Below are positions 27,001 through 37,844 of a DNA stretch of 64,000 bases, piece after piece. The stretch lies in assembly GCA_039621445.1 (NCBI GenBank), contig CP154954.1, positions 47,037,847-47,101,846 on the forward strand, in the 5' to 3' direction. The notes under the pieces are model-generated. The model made no database searches. It had not been told where the DNA came from and worked only from the letters and a program-made list of their open reading frames with translations. Source of the DNA: Euglena gracilis (lineage: Eukaryota). Position 1 is the first letter of the stretch; each line of letters starts with the position of its first letter. Made by a program: the position numbers and the translations under genes.

Positions 27001-28244
27001 AGGGGGTCCAGGAGGGCGAAAAGGCCCAAATCCAGCTAACATTCTTCAGCCAATTTTGAGGTGAAAACCGAAAAACCACCCCAAAAATGCCATATTTTCG
27101 GCGCTTTGCGCTGAATGTCGGTCCAGCCCGGCTTTGCCAGGCTGGCCAGAACCTTATTTGTGTGGACCCCCCCACCCGGGGGGGGGGGTCAGCAGCCCGG
27201 CTGGAGGTGCTGGCTGGAAAAAAAAAGTGCTCACTGGCTGGGCCCATTTGGGGGAGAGTCCCCTCAGGTTTATGTTACAGTGGCCATCACAGCCCATCTA
27301 GATGTGACCATGGTGAAATGCAATGAACAATCGTGCCGGGTAAATGAAATTCATGACTAAATACACCCCCCCAAATGGAACCCCTTTTTCAAATGGAACC
27401 CCTTTTGGGGGTCTTGAATTTCCCCCCAAATTTAAAAAGTTCGCTTCTGTATTTGGTGGATTTGATGATGCACTAAATGCCAATGAGCATAACGTTCTAT
27501 ACCAGTAGTCGAGAGAATGACGAAAGCTTGGGGTGCAACTTCCGCAGCACGTAATGATTTCCATACTTTCCAAAGAACACAGAGTCCTGCACAAGAAAGA
27601 TTTGGGGGGAATGTTCACATAAAATAGGAAAACAATGCAAAAGCAGCAAAAAATTAAAGATAATCTATCACATGTCGCGATTGCAGTAATTGTTAATTTG
27701 TTTGCCAAATTATCAAGCTTTTTGGATGGAAGTAATCAAACAAATTTTACATGACTAAAAAACCTGCTCCAAAAAACATCCTTTCAAATGAGGAACCCAG
27801 ACTACCCATCCAAATGACTGTCCACTTCAAAGTTCTGAATTTTTACCAAAAATAAGCAGAATAAAATTTTTACTAAAAATAATTCTTTACCTTAATTTTC
27901 ATCTGCCGCAGTTTTTGTCCACCTGTTTGTGGCCAGACGTTTCCTTTCTTTCCATCATTTTCTGCATGGTGTTTCGTGATATGATCCTGCTTTATCACTG
28001 AAAAACTGGGGCGCCAAAGGGGACCCGGGGCAAATTCCCACCCAAACAACTCACAGAAGTCGTCCGAAGATGAACCACACGACCTCGTTAGCCTCAGAGT
28101 AGGACATCGAGCAGGCAAACAGGGTGCCTGTGGTGATAGGCCGGGACTAAGAGGCACCCAGTCCAATAGTGCGGCGGGTCCAAATAGTGCCGCACCCCCC
28201 GCCGCCGGAGGCGCCGTCCAATAGAGCTGCGGGTGCAATGCCAT
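12297..28244 (-). CDS. Multi-exon SET-domain protein-lysine methyltransferase (Rubisco LSMT/SETD3-like)
   Basis: Exons: 27586-27503; 25307-25141 (GLRGLYATQDISANQ); 23610-23492 (VLLAVP...EWAP); from 22957 (YLAGLPRE...ELEHLQD); ~19050-18897 (DFCWAISILGSRC); ~16100-15980 (FANHSF); 14433-14283 (QEVTVQYGKFSNRVLFLSYGFVLDHNPYD). The last exon LLAAYPTTVAEDLALL...RFRVLQKRIL* is the LSMT substrate-binding C-terminus. The start at 28244 is tentative (AG acceptor ~20 nt upstream). Confidence 0.9.
14434..15979 (-). other. Nonconventional intron (1546 nt) of the SET gene
   Basis: TAG-CAG-AGCAC...GTGCC-CTG-CAGCC|A; removal gives AGVQRG-Q-EVTVQYG. Confidence 0.75.
14606..15833 (+). mobile_element. Non-autonomous element with asymmetric inverted repeats (diverged subfamily)
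   Basis: Starts GTCGCTGAGCTCTT plus a hairpin and ends AAGAGCTCAGC-N14-G; same type of termini as the copies at 39.9-42.4 and 45.5-47.0 kb. Confidence 0.8.
16442..16924 (-). pseudogene. Internally deleted piggyBac-like transposase relic
   Basis: One frame with two internal stops: VVLDEV..HVWTDGY..KG..FWKDN * KWLRCKMFLYGFFIECAVTA * CECSTHTARKCVRCDEFMCDGCFADH*. The motif order matches the piggyBac catalytic core plus C-terminal Cys-rich domain. It lies inside TA-CAGTG...CACTG-TA (16281-17111). Confidence 0.6.
17885..18135. repeat. Compound (TTTA)n/(TTAG)n/(ATTG)n microsatellite
   Basis: Directly visible. Confidence 0.95.
19182..20496. mobile_element. TIR element with subterminal (A)nCTGC arrays
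   Basis: G-run-CAAAAACTGCAC / GTGCATATTTTGCCCCTCCCTG ends; TTTTCAC on both flanks; AAAAAACTGC arrays at 19195-19356 and 20380-20472. Confidence 0.6.
22958..23491 (-). other. Nonconventional intron of the SET gene
   Basis: AGT-CAG-TCCTCC...GGAGGGGAA-TTG-CCATT|G; removal gives the conserved WAPYLAGLP. Confidence 0.85.
26781..27230. mobile_element. MITE-family copy with an internal 137-bp tandem duplication
   Basis: Starts CAGAGTTTTCTTAAGG like the copies at 23890 and 32957; 26796-26932 is repeated almost perfectly at 26933-27070. Confidence 0.7.
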
Positions 28245-31200
28245 TTGGGGGGGTTTACAGCGTCCTGAGGTAAACCATGCACAAATCCACCTGATTCGCG
28301 CAAAAAATGCGATTATTATGCACACGTGTACAACACGTTTGGGCAACACGTTTTTTTTTTGACAAAAAACGTGTTCAGGACACAGTTTTTCGGAAGATAA
28401 ACACGTTCAGTCCACGTGTACACGGTCAAACAACGCGTTCATCTCTTTTTTTTTAAAGGTGTGTTCTACCATCTTTCGACATCTTTCACTCTCCCGCAAG
28501 ATCTGGAAGGCGAGGAATGGCTTGAAGGCCAAGTTATTGAAGGGCACTTTGGGGGGGGGGACTGGGCACCAAAGGCGCCCGGTCCCTCCCCCAAGGGCCC
28601 AATGCTTGGCGTTGAAGCGATCTTCGGCTTAGAGCTTAAAGGTGTGGCATGTACCAAAGTGGAATTCCCTCGTTTTCCATTCTCCCACTTGTCTCTCAGC
28701 CATTTGCGCCTGGCAAACCTCGCTGGGTGCCAGATGCCACTCCCCCACGGTAACGGAGTTGTGGATGCCCTCCAAAAGGTGAAATCTCCTTGGTTTTATT
28801 TCATCTATTCCGCTCCTTCTGTCTCCCTTTCCCTGTGGATGTCCATTACTCTCACTTTTCCCAACATCGACCCCTTTTACATTGAATAGTGAACACGGTT
28901 TTTTTGGCGGATAACATGATCAGCTGTACATTGTGGACTGACCCGGTTTCAATTAAAAGAAACGAACCTTTCAAACTCCGACAACAAGGGGGAGATATGC
29001 AACAAGGTTCCTCAAAATATGCAATAAAAAAAGTAAAAAAAAATGTAAAAAGTGCAAAAAAAATGCAAAAAATGCCAGTTGTGCATAAATTCTCTTGGGA
29101 GCTGTCTGGGGGAGTACACTTTTCCACTGTAAAATGCAACATTAAAAGAGAATGTGATGCAAACTTGTAAAATGATATGGTTGATTCACCTGGTTGCATC
29201 CAATCATATTTCATTATGCAACTACTGCAAAAAAAACGCAAAAAAATGCGACTTTTCACAGAATTCTCATTACGACGCTCTTGATGACCCGCGACAAGGG
29301 GTTCCAGTGGGGGGTCGTTAGATGCTTTCATTCTGATCAAATGATATTGGTTGACAAAAATGAGAAATTGAAAACAGAAAATCTCTAGCGCTTGACGTTA
29401 GGTCCCTGGCACCTTCCTTTGATTGGCCACCATTTTTGACATATTTTGAATCTTTGAATTTACCCAAAAAATGCAGGCAAAAACAATATAAACTGGGACG
29501 TATCAACTTCCAGGTGCGCAGCTGGCCCTGGGGGCCTGTACAGGGTGATAGAGGGTCCCTTGGGCTTCATTCAGGTTCCAATGCTTTGATTGGCCACCAT
29601 TTTGGAGATATTTTGAATTGTCAATTTTTTGGCATAACAACGTCTGTGTAAACCCTCCTATGTGGAATTGTTATTGTCTCTTTTTTTTTTCTGACGACGT
29701 TCGCGGATGTGCGGACCTGTGTGGATGGGTGGGTGTGGGTGTGGCCGTCATTCCAGGAAGGGTTGTACGCATGGCCCCCATCTACCCCAACCCAACCGCC
29801 AGGCTGGTCCCTCTTTAATAATCGTGACAGGTGAGCTTCTCTCAAAAACACTGTTTCAAACGTTTTGAAGAGTTTGGAAATTGTGATGTTCTCATTGAAG
29901 CTACAAGAATAATTGATTTCTTTAAAAAAAAGAAAAAAGAAAAAAGGATCACTCTTCTTCGAAGAGGTAGAAATTGGCAGTGTTGGCTTTTGAAAATTCA
30001 AGCTTAATAATCAGCAGGGTTTTGTTTTTCTTGCACTGAGGATTTGCAGTACACCCCCCAATTAGCTAAAAAAGACAAACTGTGCCCACAGGCAAAGATG
30101 AAAAATCATTTTTGGTCACAAGCTGCAATTGACAGGGAACAAATGATAACAATGATTTGGGGTACCAATTTTATGTCGAAAACAAAATGCAATAATATTT
30201 ATAATCTTTATTTAGAGTATTCATAATTCTAATGTCGACGTGCACAACTTCGGCTTTTCTGGCAGCAGGTAATATTTTGATTTCATTTTGATTTTATTTT
30301 TTCCACTGGCTCGAATTCTTTCCTTCTCAAATGCAACACTTCGGTGAAGAAATCCGGAAGTCAAAAACATCTGGGAGAATCGCCGACCGACAAACAAACA
30401 GAAATAAACAAGATATATGGATATATTTTCATATATAAAATATAATATATAATTATAATATACACAACACATTCTAAACATATAACATATATAATTATAT
30501 ATAATGGGTATATGGCAGCTGCCGACTACATGCCCCCCCCTGGGGGGGGCAAGCAATAGGCACAGGGGTGGGTCATGTGTTATTGATGGAATCGGATTAG
30601 GGTTAGGAGATCGGCATAACTTTCGGCCTAACTTGACCTAACACTGATCTACAAGTTAGACCCTATATTCCATCAATAACCCAAAAAACCCGACCCCCCC
30701 TGGGAATGCTCATTGCCCCTCGGGGGGGGGGGGCAGTGAGCATCCAGCTGCCATGTATATGTACATACATATATATGTATAGTAGTATATATGTATATGG
30801 ATATTCTATATAATATATATTTACATGAAATTGAATCCTTAAAATTCAGGGTGAATTCCTGAAGCGCCTTTTTAAAGCAGATGGGAAAGGTTGTGAACAA
30901 AAAGATTTTTCATGGAAAAAGTTTTTGAAGGTAATTTACATGTGTTGATAATTGATAATTGTGCTCCAGAATTAGAAAACCATCAAAATCCTAAATTGGA
31001 AAAGATGGATCGCTTTTCCATTCCCCGAGCTGTGAAAAGCCATTCAAGTGGCAACCCTGTCCTCAGTCCCAGGTGGATAGGTTGAACGTTGGCCGGATGT
31101 CGATCCCGACTTATCAATGATGTGTTTTTTGAACCATGGGAGAGGGTGGGTTTTTGTGAGCTTGAACCCCCCCCCCGGATGTGGCACACCCAAATGGTGG

Positions 31201-31994
31201 GGTGCACAGATTCTGAAAACCCAGAAATCAAACTGGGTTTTTACGTGTTTGGGGAGCGTTATATTTGGGGGGAGGGTTACGAGTAATTCTCTGGAAATTA
31301 TGGTGATTTTTCAAAATTTTAATTTCCTGTATTTTATTCAGATTGTAAATGGCAGAGTCAAAAGTAGGGGGGGGGGAATCTCACCAATTCAGAGCCTTAT
31401 CAGCTGGACACCCCCACACCGTAAATGCCTAACTTATCTTTTTGTCCATTTTGGTCTTTTTTTGGACTTTGGACTTTTTCAGGGTGCCTGGGGGGGCACA
31501 TATCTGAAATTGTGTGCCTGGTGCAAAGTGCCAGAAGCAGGGGTTTTTTTTAGTCTTGGACCCCCCGGGGGGGCAGGGCAGGCGGGTCTAGCTGAGCCCC
31601 CCCCCCCAGGTCCTTCAAGGGGGGTGGGATATAAACCCCCCTCCCACTTATAAACCCCCCGGGGCTTAATGGATCCGGTTTGGTTGGTCGGCCGAAGGGG
31701 GGGGGGGTTATAAGTGGGGGGGTTCATAAGTCCCGGAATTGTTGGTGAAAATCCGACCCTCAAAAATGACCCCGAAACCCCCCCAAATTGGCAATTTTCG
31801 TCAAATTTGGACAAAAATGGCATTTTTGCCGATAGTCGGTCTCAAAAAAACTGCCAACAAATCAACTTTCGGTGGTTTGCGGCCGAAAAAAAATTGTCCC
31901 CGGGGGGGGGGTTAAGTCCCGGTTTGGTTGGTCGGCCCGAGGGGGGGGGGGTTAAGTAGGGGGGGGGGGGGTATAAGTGCGAGCGGGGGTTTAC

Positions 31995-32432
31995 CAGGGT
32001 TCGATATAAGGACAGGTGGGGGGGGGGGTGGTCCGGCCCCCCCCCCCTGCGGACAAGGAGGGGGGGGGGTGGTGGGGGGCACCCCCCCCCACCTAAACAG
32101 GTGCGCGGTCAGGGTGGCCGAATTTTCGGCCCGGCGCGAAGCGCCGGGCCGAAAATTTTTGACCCCCCAAAACGACCAAAAGTGCCATTTTGGGCACTTT
32201 TTGGGCAAAAATGTGCCAAAAATGCAAAAAATTTTCGGCGCGAAGCGCCGGAGGAAAAAATTGACCCTTTTTGGGGGGGGTCAATTTTTGCCCCCGAGGG
32301 TCGGTCCGGACCCCCCTTGCAGGTGGGGGGGGGGTGGTCCGGACCCCCCCCTGCGGGCCAGGAGGGGGGGGGGGTGGGGGGGGACACCCCCCCCCACCTA
32401 AACCATGTACGCCCTCCTTATATCGAACCCTG
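31995..32432. mobile_element. Young hAT-like MITE: perfect 18-bp TIR, 8-bp TSD
   Basis: TIR CAGGGTTCGATATAAGGA; TSD GGGTTTAC at 31987-31994 and 32433-32440. Confidence 0.92.
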
Positions 32433-32825
32433 GGGTTTACTTTTCGGTGCTGAAGGCACCGAAAATTTTTTACAAGGGTGCTACTTTTGGCATTTTCGCG
32501 ATTTTTTGGATATCCCCCATGACCCCTGACCCTCAAGGAAGGTTTCGGTTTTTTAAAAAAATGGTTTCACTGGCTGTCCAGGGGTTCACGAGAAAGTCCA
32601 CTGGCCAATTTTTGCTGGTTGCAGTCCAGCCCCCTCTCTCAAAGGGGGTCTGCTAGGATGCAGTGAAATCTTTTATGGGGGCAGACATGTTTCTGGGCTG
32701 AAAAAAAAATATCTTTTGGGCAAACAGATATCCACAAATTGAGTTTCTTTATGCTCCCTCCACCATTCAAGAGAAGCAAGCCAAAAACAAGCTTGTGCCT
32801 AGATACGTGGGCTGCTGGTGTTGCC

Positions 32826-32951
32826 CCGCACCACGAGGTGACGGGTTTCATCCAGTGGGTAGTTGTTCATGCTCTGGATGGCGCCTTGGGCCTCCTCTGG
32901 GGTTGTGAAGTGGATGAATGCAATGGCATCAGAGATGCAGGCTTCAGTGTC
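32826..32951 (-). CDS. Exon of an RRM-domain RNA-binding protein (rest of gene unresolved)
   Basis: DAIAFIHFTTPEEAQGAIQSMNNYPLDETRHLVVR matches RNP1 + helix 2 + beta 4 of an RRM. Confidence 0.8.
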
Positions 32952-33223
32952 CAGGTCAGGCTTTTGCTTAAGGACCCTGGGGGGGGGGTACTGGCTAGCC
33001 AATCGGCTAGACACTGGAAAAAGTGGACTAGCTAGACCCCCCCTCCCCCCCGGGGGGGGTTTGGGGGTCCCCCAGACTGGAAAAAAAATTTTCCTCCGAC
33101 GCACAGCGCCGAAAGAAAAATGAGGGGGGGTGCTTCAGCACGGAATCTCCCCGGGCAGTCAATTAGGGGGGGGTTGAAAATTCTTCTCAAAGGGGGGGGG
33201 GGCATTTGGTCAATTAGGCGGGG

Positions 33224-33643
33224 TAACAAAATCCCTTTGCTGCCGGACCGTTTTGTGAGCATGCGCAATCAGACACCCATTGTCGGAGGGCGCCTTCGGC
33301 GGAGGGCTGCCGTCCCCCCCCCCGCACCCCCCCCCCGCCCCCCAATGACAAAATCCCTTTGCTGCCGGACCGTTTTGTGAGCATGCGCAACCAGACACCC
33401 ATTGTCGGAGGGCGCCTTCGGGGGGTCGTCTAAGGGGGGGGGCTGCCGCCCCCCGCACCCCCCCCTCCCCCCAATAACAAAATCCCTTTGCTGCCGGACC
33501 GTTTTGCGAGCATGCACCCATTGTCGGAGGGCGCCTTTGGCGCCCTTGGTCGTCTAGCGGGGGGGGGGGCTTCGGCCCCCCTCCCGCACCCCCCCCCCGT
33601 GTCGGATGAGTGTCGGATGGCGCCTTCGGCGCCCTTGGTCGTC
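33224..33643. repeat. ~122-129 bp tandem repeat (about 3 copies)
   Basis: ACAAAATCCCTTTGCTGCCGGACCG recurs at 33224, 33346 and 33475. Confidence 0.85.
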
Positions 33644-33850
33644 TAACCCGAAGCCTAATCCCAACCCTAACCCGAAACCCTAAACCTAACCCTAACCTTG
33701 AACGTAACCCGAACCCTAACCCTAAACCAAACCCTAACCTTAAACGTAATCTGAACCCTAACCCCAACCCTAACCCGAAACCCTGACCCTGACCCTATAC
33801 CAAACCCTAATCTGAACCCTAACCCAAACCCTAACCCCAACCCTGACCCA
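33644..33850 (+). repeat. Degenerate interstitial telomeric repeat (CCCTAA)n
   Basis: About 200 bp of CCCTAA/CCCGAA/CCCTGA variants. Confidence 0.9.
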
Positions 33851-36842
33851 GTTTGTGGGTATGTACAAAGACAATGTTCTTCCCAAAAGTGGCCCAAAAT
33901 GGGCATTTTCCCCCCAAGTTTTTGCATATTCACCCCCGATTGGGGGGTTTTGGAGCCATTTAAGTGGGTTTTGACTGGTTTTGGGGTGATTTGGACATAA
34001 ATTTTTTTCACGGGGGATAAATCTCCAGAAGGGTAGTGCGGATAATTGCGTTTCCTACCGACCAGGTCGGCCCGACCAGGTGGTCCGGCCGACCCGCAAT
34101 TTGGTCACCCGCAATTTTCGTAAAAACGACATTTTGGGGATTGTTGCCGGGGGGAAATATGTAACTTTCATAAATTGCATCTTTCCATGATCAAAAACCT
34201 TGAAAATTTGCACTTTTTTGCATAATTTGTATTTTTTTGCATTCCTGCAAAAGGTCTATTCAGGGAAAAAAACAAAAAATTGGGAGGATATATCAATTTT
34301 TCACCAGAAACCGTCCATTTTGGACAAAAATTGCAGATTTTGGGGGGAATAAGAGGTACACAACGAAAATTTGGCATAAAAAATCTGCACAAAAAATTGG
34401 CATTTGACTGCAGTTGGAGGCCACCGGAGTTTGCATAAGCCACCCAGAAAATTTTGCTTTCCCCTAAAATATAAAAGCCCCCCCCCCAAACAAAGCCTCC
34501 CGCTGGGTGCCTTGAGATCCTGCCCAAATATAAAGCCGGGGGTTTCATATTTAAGGATTAGTTTTTTTTGTAGAAAATCGTTTCTCCAGAAAACAAGCTC
34601 ATTTATGTCTTTTGGAAGAAGAACACCGTTCTCTCTGCGAGAAATTGTCAAGGCATTCAGAATAGAGGGTGTGATGCGTTTTTTTTGAGGAGGAAGTTCT
34701 CATCTCCCTCTCCATTGGTGTACCTTCCACACCAGCACCATCAAAATACTTCCTTAAAACAGCAGTTTCCGACTGCGTCATCAAACCAGGGCGGCCCACT
34801 TTGCCGATACTGTCACCCTTTGCCAACTGGTTACCCCAAAAATGGATGGTTGACTTTGGTGGGTGCTTCCTGCCATACTTCAGCTGCACTGCAAGAAAAA
34901 GAAATATTCCTGCTGCAAATCGGCGCGCAGCGCCGAAGATTTTTTGGGGGTGTCATTCACTGGAGGAAATTGGACTTTCCTTAAATCTGCCGGGAAAAAT
35001 CCTGGACGGATCCTTAAAAAGGCAGGAAAAATCCTGGACAAAATTTCGTCCAGAATTTTTCCCACAACATTTTTTCCCATACAAATTTCCCCCCCCCCCG
35101 GTAACCCTCTCAAACTCACAACCCCTCATCCAATGACCCCATCACCTGCTGTTGCTTGCAAGGTTCAAAAATTTGAGAAAAATAAATTTTCCAACCCCAC
35201 TCCACAGGCTCCCCTGGGCTTGCCCACAATTCTTGACATGAAAAGAGGCAGAAACGTGCATGGAAGAAGTGGAAATTCAGTGGAAATCTGGTGGAAAAGA
35301 GTGAACAAAAAATGGGTGAAAAAAAACTCAAAAGGTGCAAATGGGAAAGAAATCGATGGAAAATAACGGGAACATGATGAAAGATAAAAATAAAATATAA
35401 ACATTTCAGAGGAATAGCAGAAAATACCACCTCCCTCCAAAACTCACCCCCCCAGATGACCACTGAGGGATCATCTGGGGGTGGATTGTTTGGCATGGAC
35501 GTGTCTTCAAGAAAGGCAACAAATTTCCATTTGAGCAAAAAAAAGGTGGAAACAAAGTGCAGAGGTGAAATGCAAAATAGGTGGAAAATACCATGCCCCC
35601 CCTACTATCCCCCCATGATTGCTCCCATTATGGGAGGTGGCATAGGACTTTTTATGCACAAAATCTTCTTACGCAAGAAGCTTGGGGAAAATTGTCGATT
35701 GTACTAGCGAGGCATGCGAAGCCTAGCTCCTCACCCCACCTAACCCCAGCAACCACTGACTTAATCTCCTTAATGCTAAAAGAATGTGTTGTTTTGTCCC
35801 TAATCCCGGACTGAATTGAGTTGATACAAGAGGGTTGCATTCATGCATTGTGCTTTTGTACCTGCTACCTGCTTGCGGGGTCCTCAAGGCATGATGGGAA
35901 CAGCGAGGGAGGGAGGACAAGCTCCCCCCCTTGCTGCCCAGAACGGCAGGGGGGGGTAAATGTAAACCTGGCAAAAAGGCATGTGATGAACTAGGAATAA
36001 AAACGACAACGTTGGGGAGAATTGTGAAAAAAAAATGGAAATAGGGTTGAAATAATAATGATAAATATGATAAAAACTTTAATATGGTGAAAAAATGCAA
36101 ATAGGTTTCAAAAAAAATGGATCAAAACCGGGGGAATTTGCGGAAAAAAATAATTCAGTGAACTGGGAGAATGGGCGAAGAAAAGTGGAAATAAATGCAG
36201 AATTAATTGTAAAATAGTGAAAAGGTTGAATGGAAATTACATAAAATAATTGAGTTCATTGGAAAAAAATATGCAAAATTATTTTAAAAAAAAGTTCAAA
36301 AAAACGCGAAATACAGGTGCAAAATCTTGTCTCCCAACCCACTACAGCGTGGGGGGGGGACAAGGTTTTGGACGGTGACATAAAAATCTGCAAAAAATGC
36401 AAAACTCAATGCACCCTACAGGCATGAAACCATTGTCCCTGATGTAGTTTAGTGTCAGTCAATTTTCCAAACAGCGCCTATTTGTGTTAGCTCATTAAAG
36501 ACAACCTTGGGCATATTTTGCCCCGAACCCAAATATTTTCCCCACCCGTCCCCGGAATTTTCGCCGCCCCGGCCAAATATTTCTGCCCCCCGTGCAACCA
36601 TTTCCGCCCCTGTTACACTTTTTTTTTTGCCCCAAAGTCTCGTCATTTTCGCCCCTGCCAGGTTAATTTTTGCCACTCTGAAATTTTTTTCTTGTTTTCT
36701 CTTTCTTTTTCGATCCATAATGCTTTTAGTTCCAGAGCTAGAGGCAGGTTGAGAGGGCATTACAATTTGCTGAACGCTGACTAGTTGAACTATATTCCCC
36801 AAACATTGGCGGCTTATTGTAGGAAATTGGTGGTGGACTTTT

Positions 36843-37100
36843 TGATCGCTAGCGACTGTTGGTGATGGCCTACTGACCATTGGTGGTCGGGCCAACTTGT
36901 CGGCAACCATCAATAATTGGTCCCTCTAAAAAGTTTTTAAGCCCCCCCCCTCCAAAAGAAGTTCATTCATATATGAAAGGAATGATTTGAAACCCACCCA
37001 AATGTCTTCAGAAACCCCCATTCGGGGGTCAGTTAGCAAAAAAAATTTGGGTAATATCCTCTTTTTGGCTGTCCTGTCGAAGACGCCTGTGCAAGGCAAG
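36843..37100 (-). repeat. Dispersed repeat; inverted homologue of 70-335
   Basis: CGCTAGCGACTGTTGGTGATGGCCTACTGACCATT is the reverse complement of the 298-333 region; similarity continues for ~250 bp. Confidence 0.8.
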
Positions 37101-37844
37101 GAGGACCCAGATGGTAAACTGGGGGGTAGTGGGTGGTCGGCCGATTACCCAATTGGTCTGCCGACTAGGCCTGGTTGGTGGCTAGTCGGCGAGACGGGAT
37201 GCGGGGGGGGGGGTGTAGTGGGTAGTCGGACGACTACCCACTCTAATCACTCTAATGTGCCAACGGGTCAAGTTCGCCGACTTTTAAGCCCCCCCCTCAA
37301 GAAAATTATTGTCAAAATAATCCCAAAACCAGTGGAAACCCACCCAAATGGCTCTAGTGCCCCCCAATCGGGGTGAAAAATCTCCGTTTTAGCCATTTTT
37401 TATAGCAAAGTTTCATGTGGCAAGTTCAAAATAACCCCCAAACAAAATTGCCAACATAAAGGGATTTTGTTGGGCGGGAGCCCCCCCCCCCCCGCGAGGA
37501 GGCCGTAGGCCGACTAAATTTGCACTCGATCAATTGGAGGTTGGGGGGGTGCGGGGGGGGATGGTAGCCCCCCCCCGCCCATGTCAAATTGGCCAACCAA
37601 AAAAGGACTTTGCCCCCCGAGTATTTTGCCAACATAAAGGAATTTTGTTATTTGAGGGGGGTGTGGGAGGGGGGGCAGTAGCCCCCACCCCCCTTCGCGT
37701 GAGGAGGTCTAAACCTGTAGGCAGGGGGGGGGGGTTGTGTGGTAGGACCCGGGTCCCGGTTTTCGGATTTTTCGGTCCTTTCCACCCGGGAAACACAACG
37801 AAATTGCGCAAATTTCTGTGGATTTGGGGAGAATGGGGTGTTAT

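Noticed and set aside
29510-29560. Similarity to 43228-43270 as a duplicated exon
   Set aside because: It is only ~45 bp, inverted and with an indel; more likely a small dispersed repeat.
33644-33850. True chromosome end
   Set aside because: The tract is degenerate and internal, with genes on both sides.
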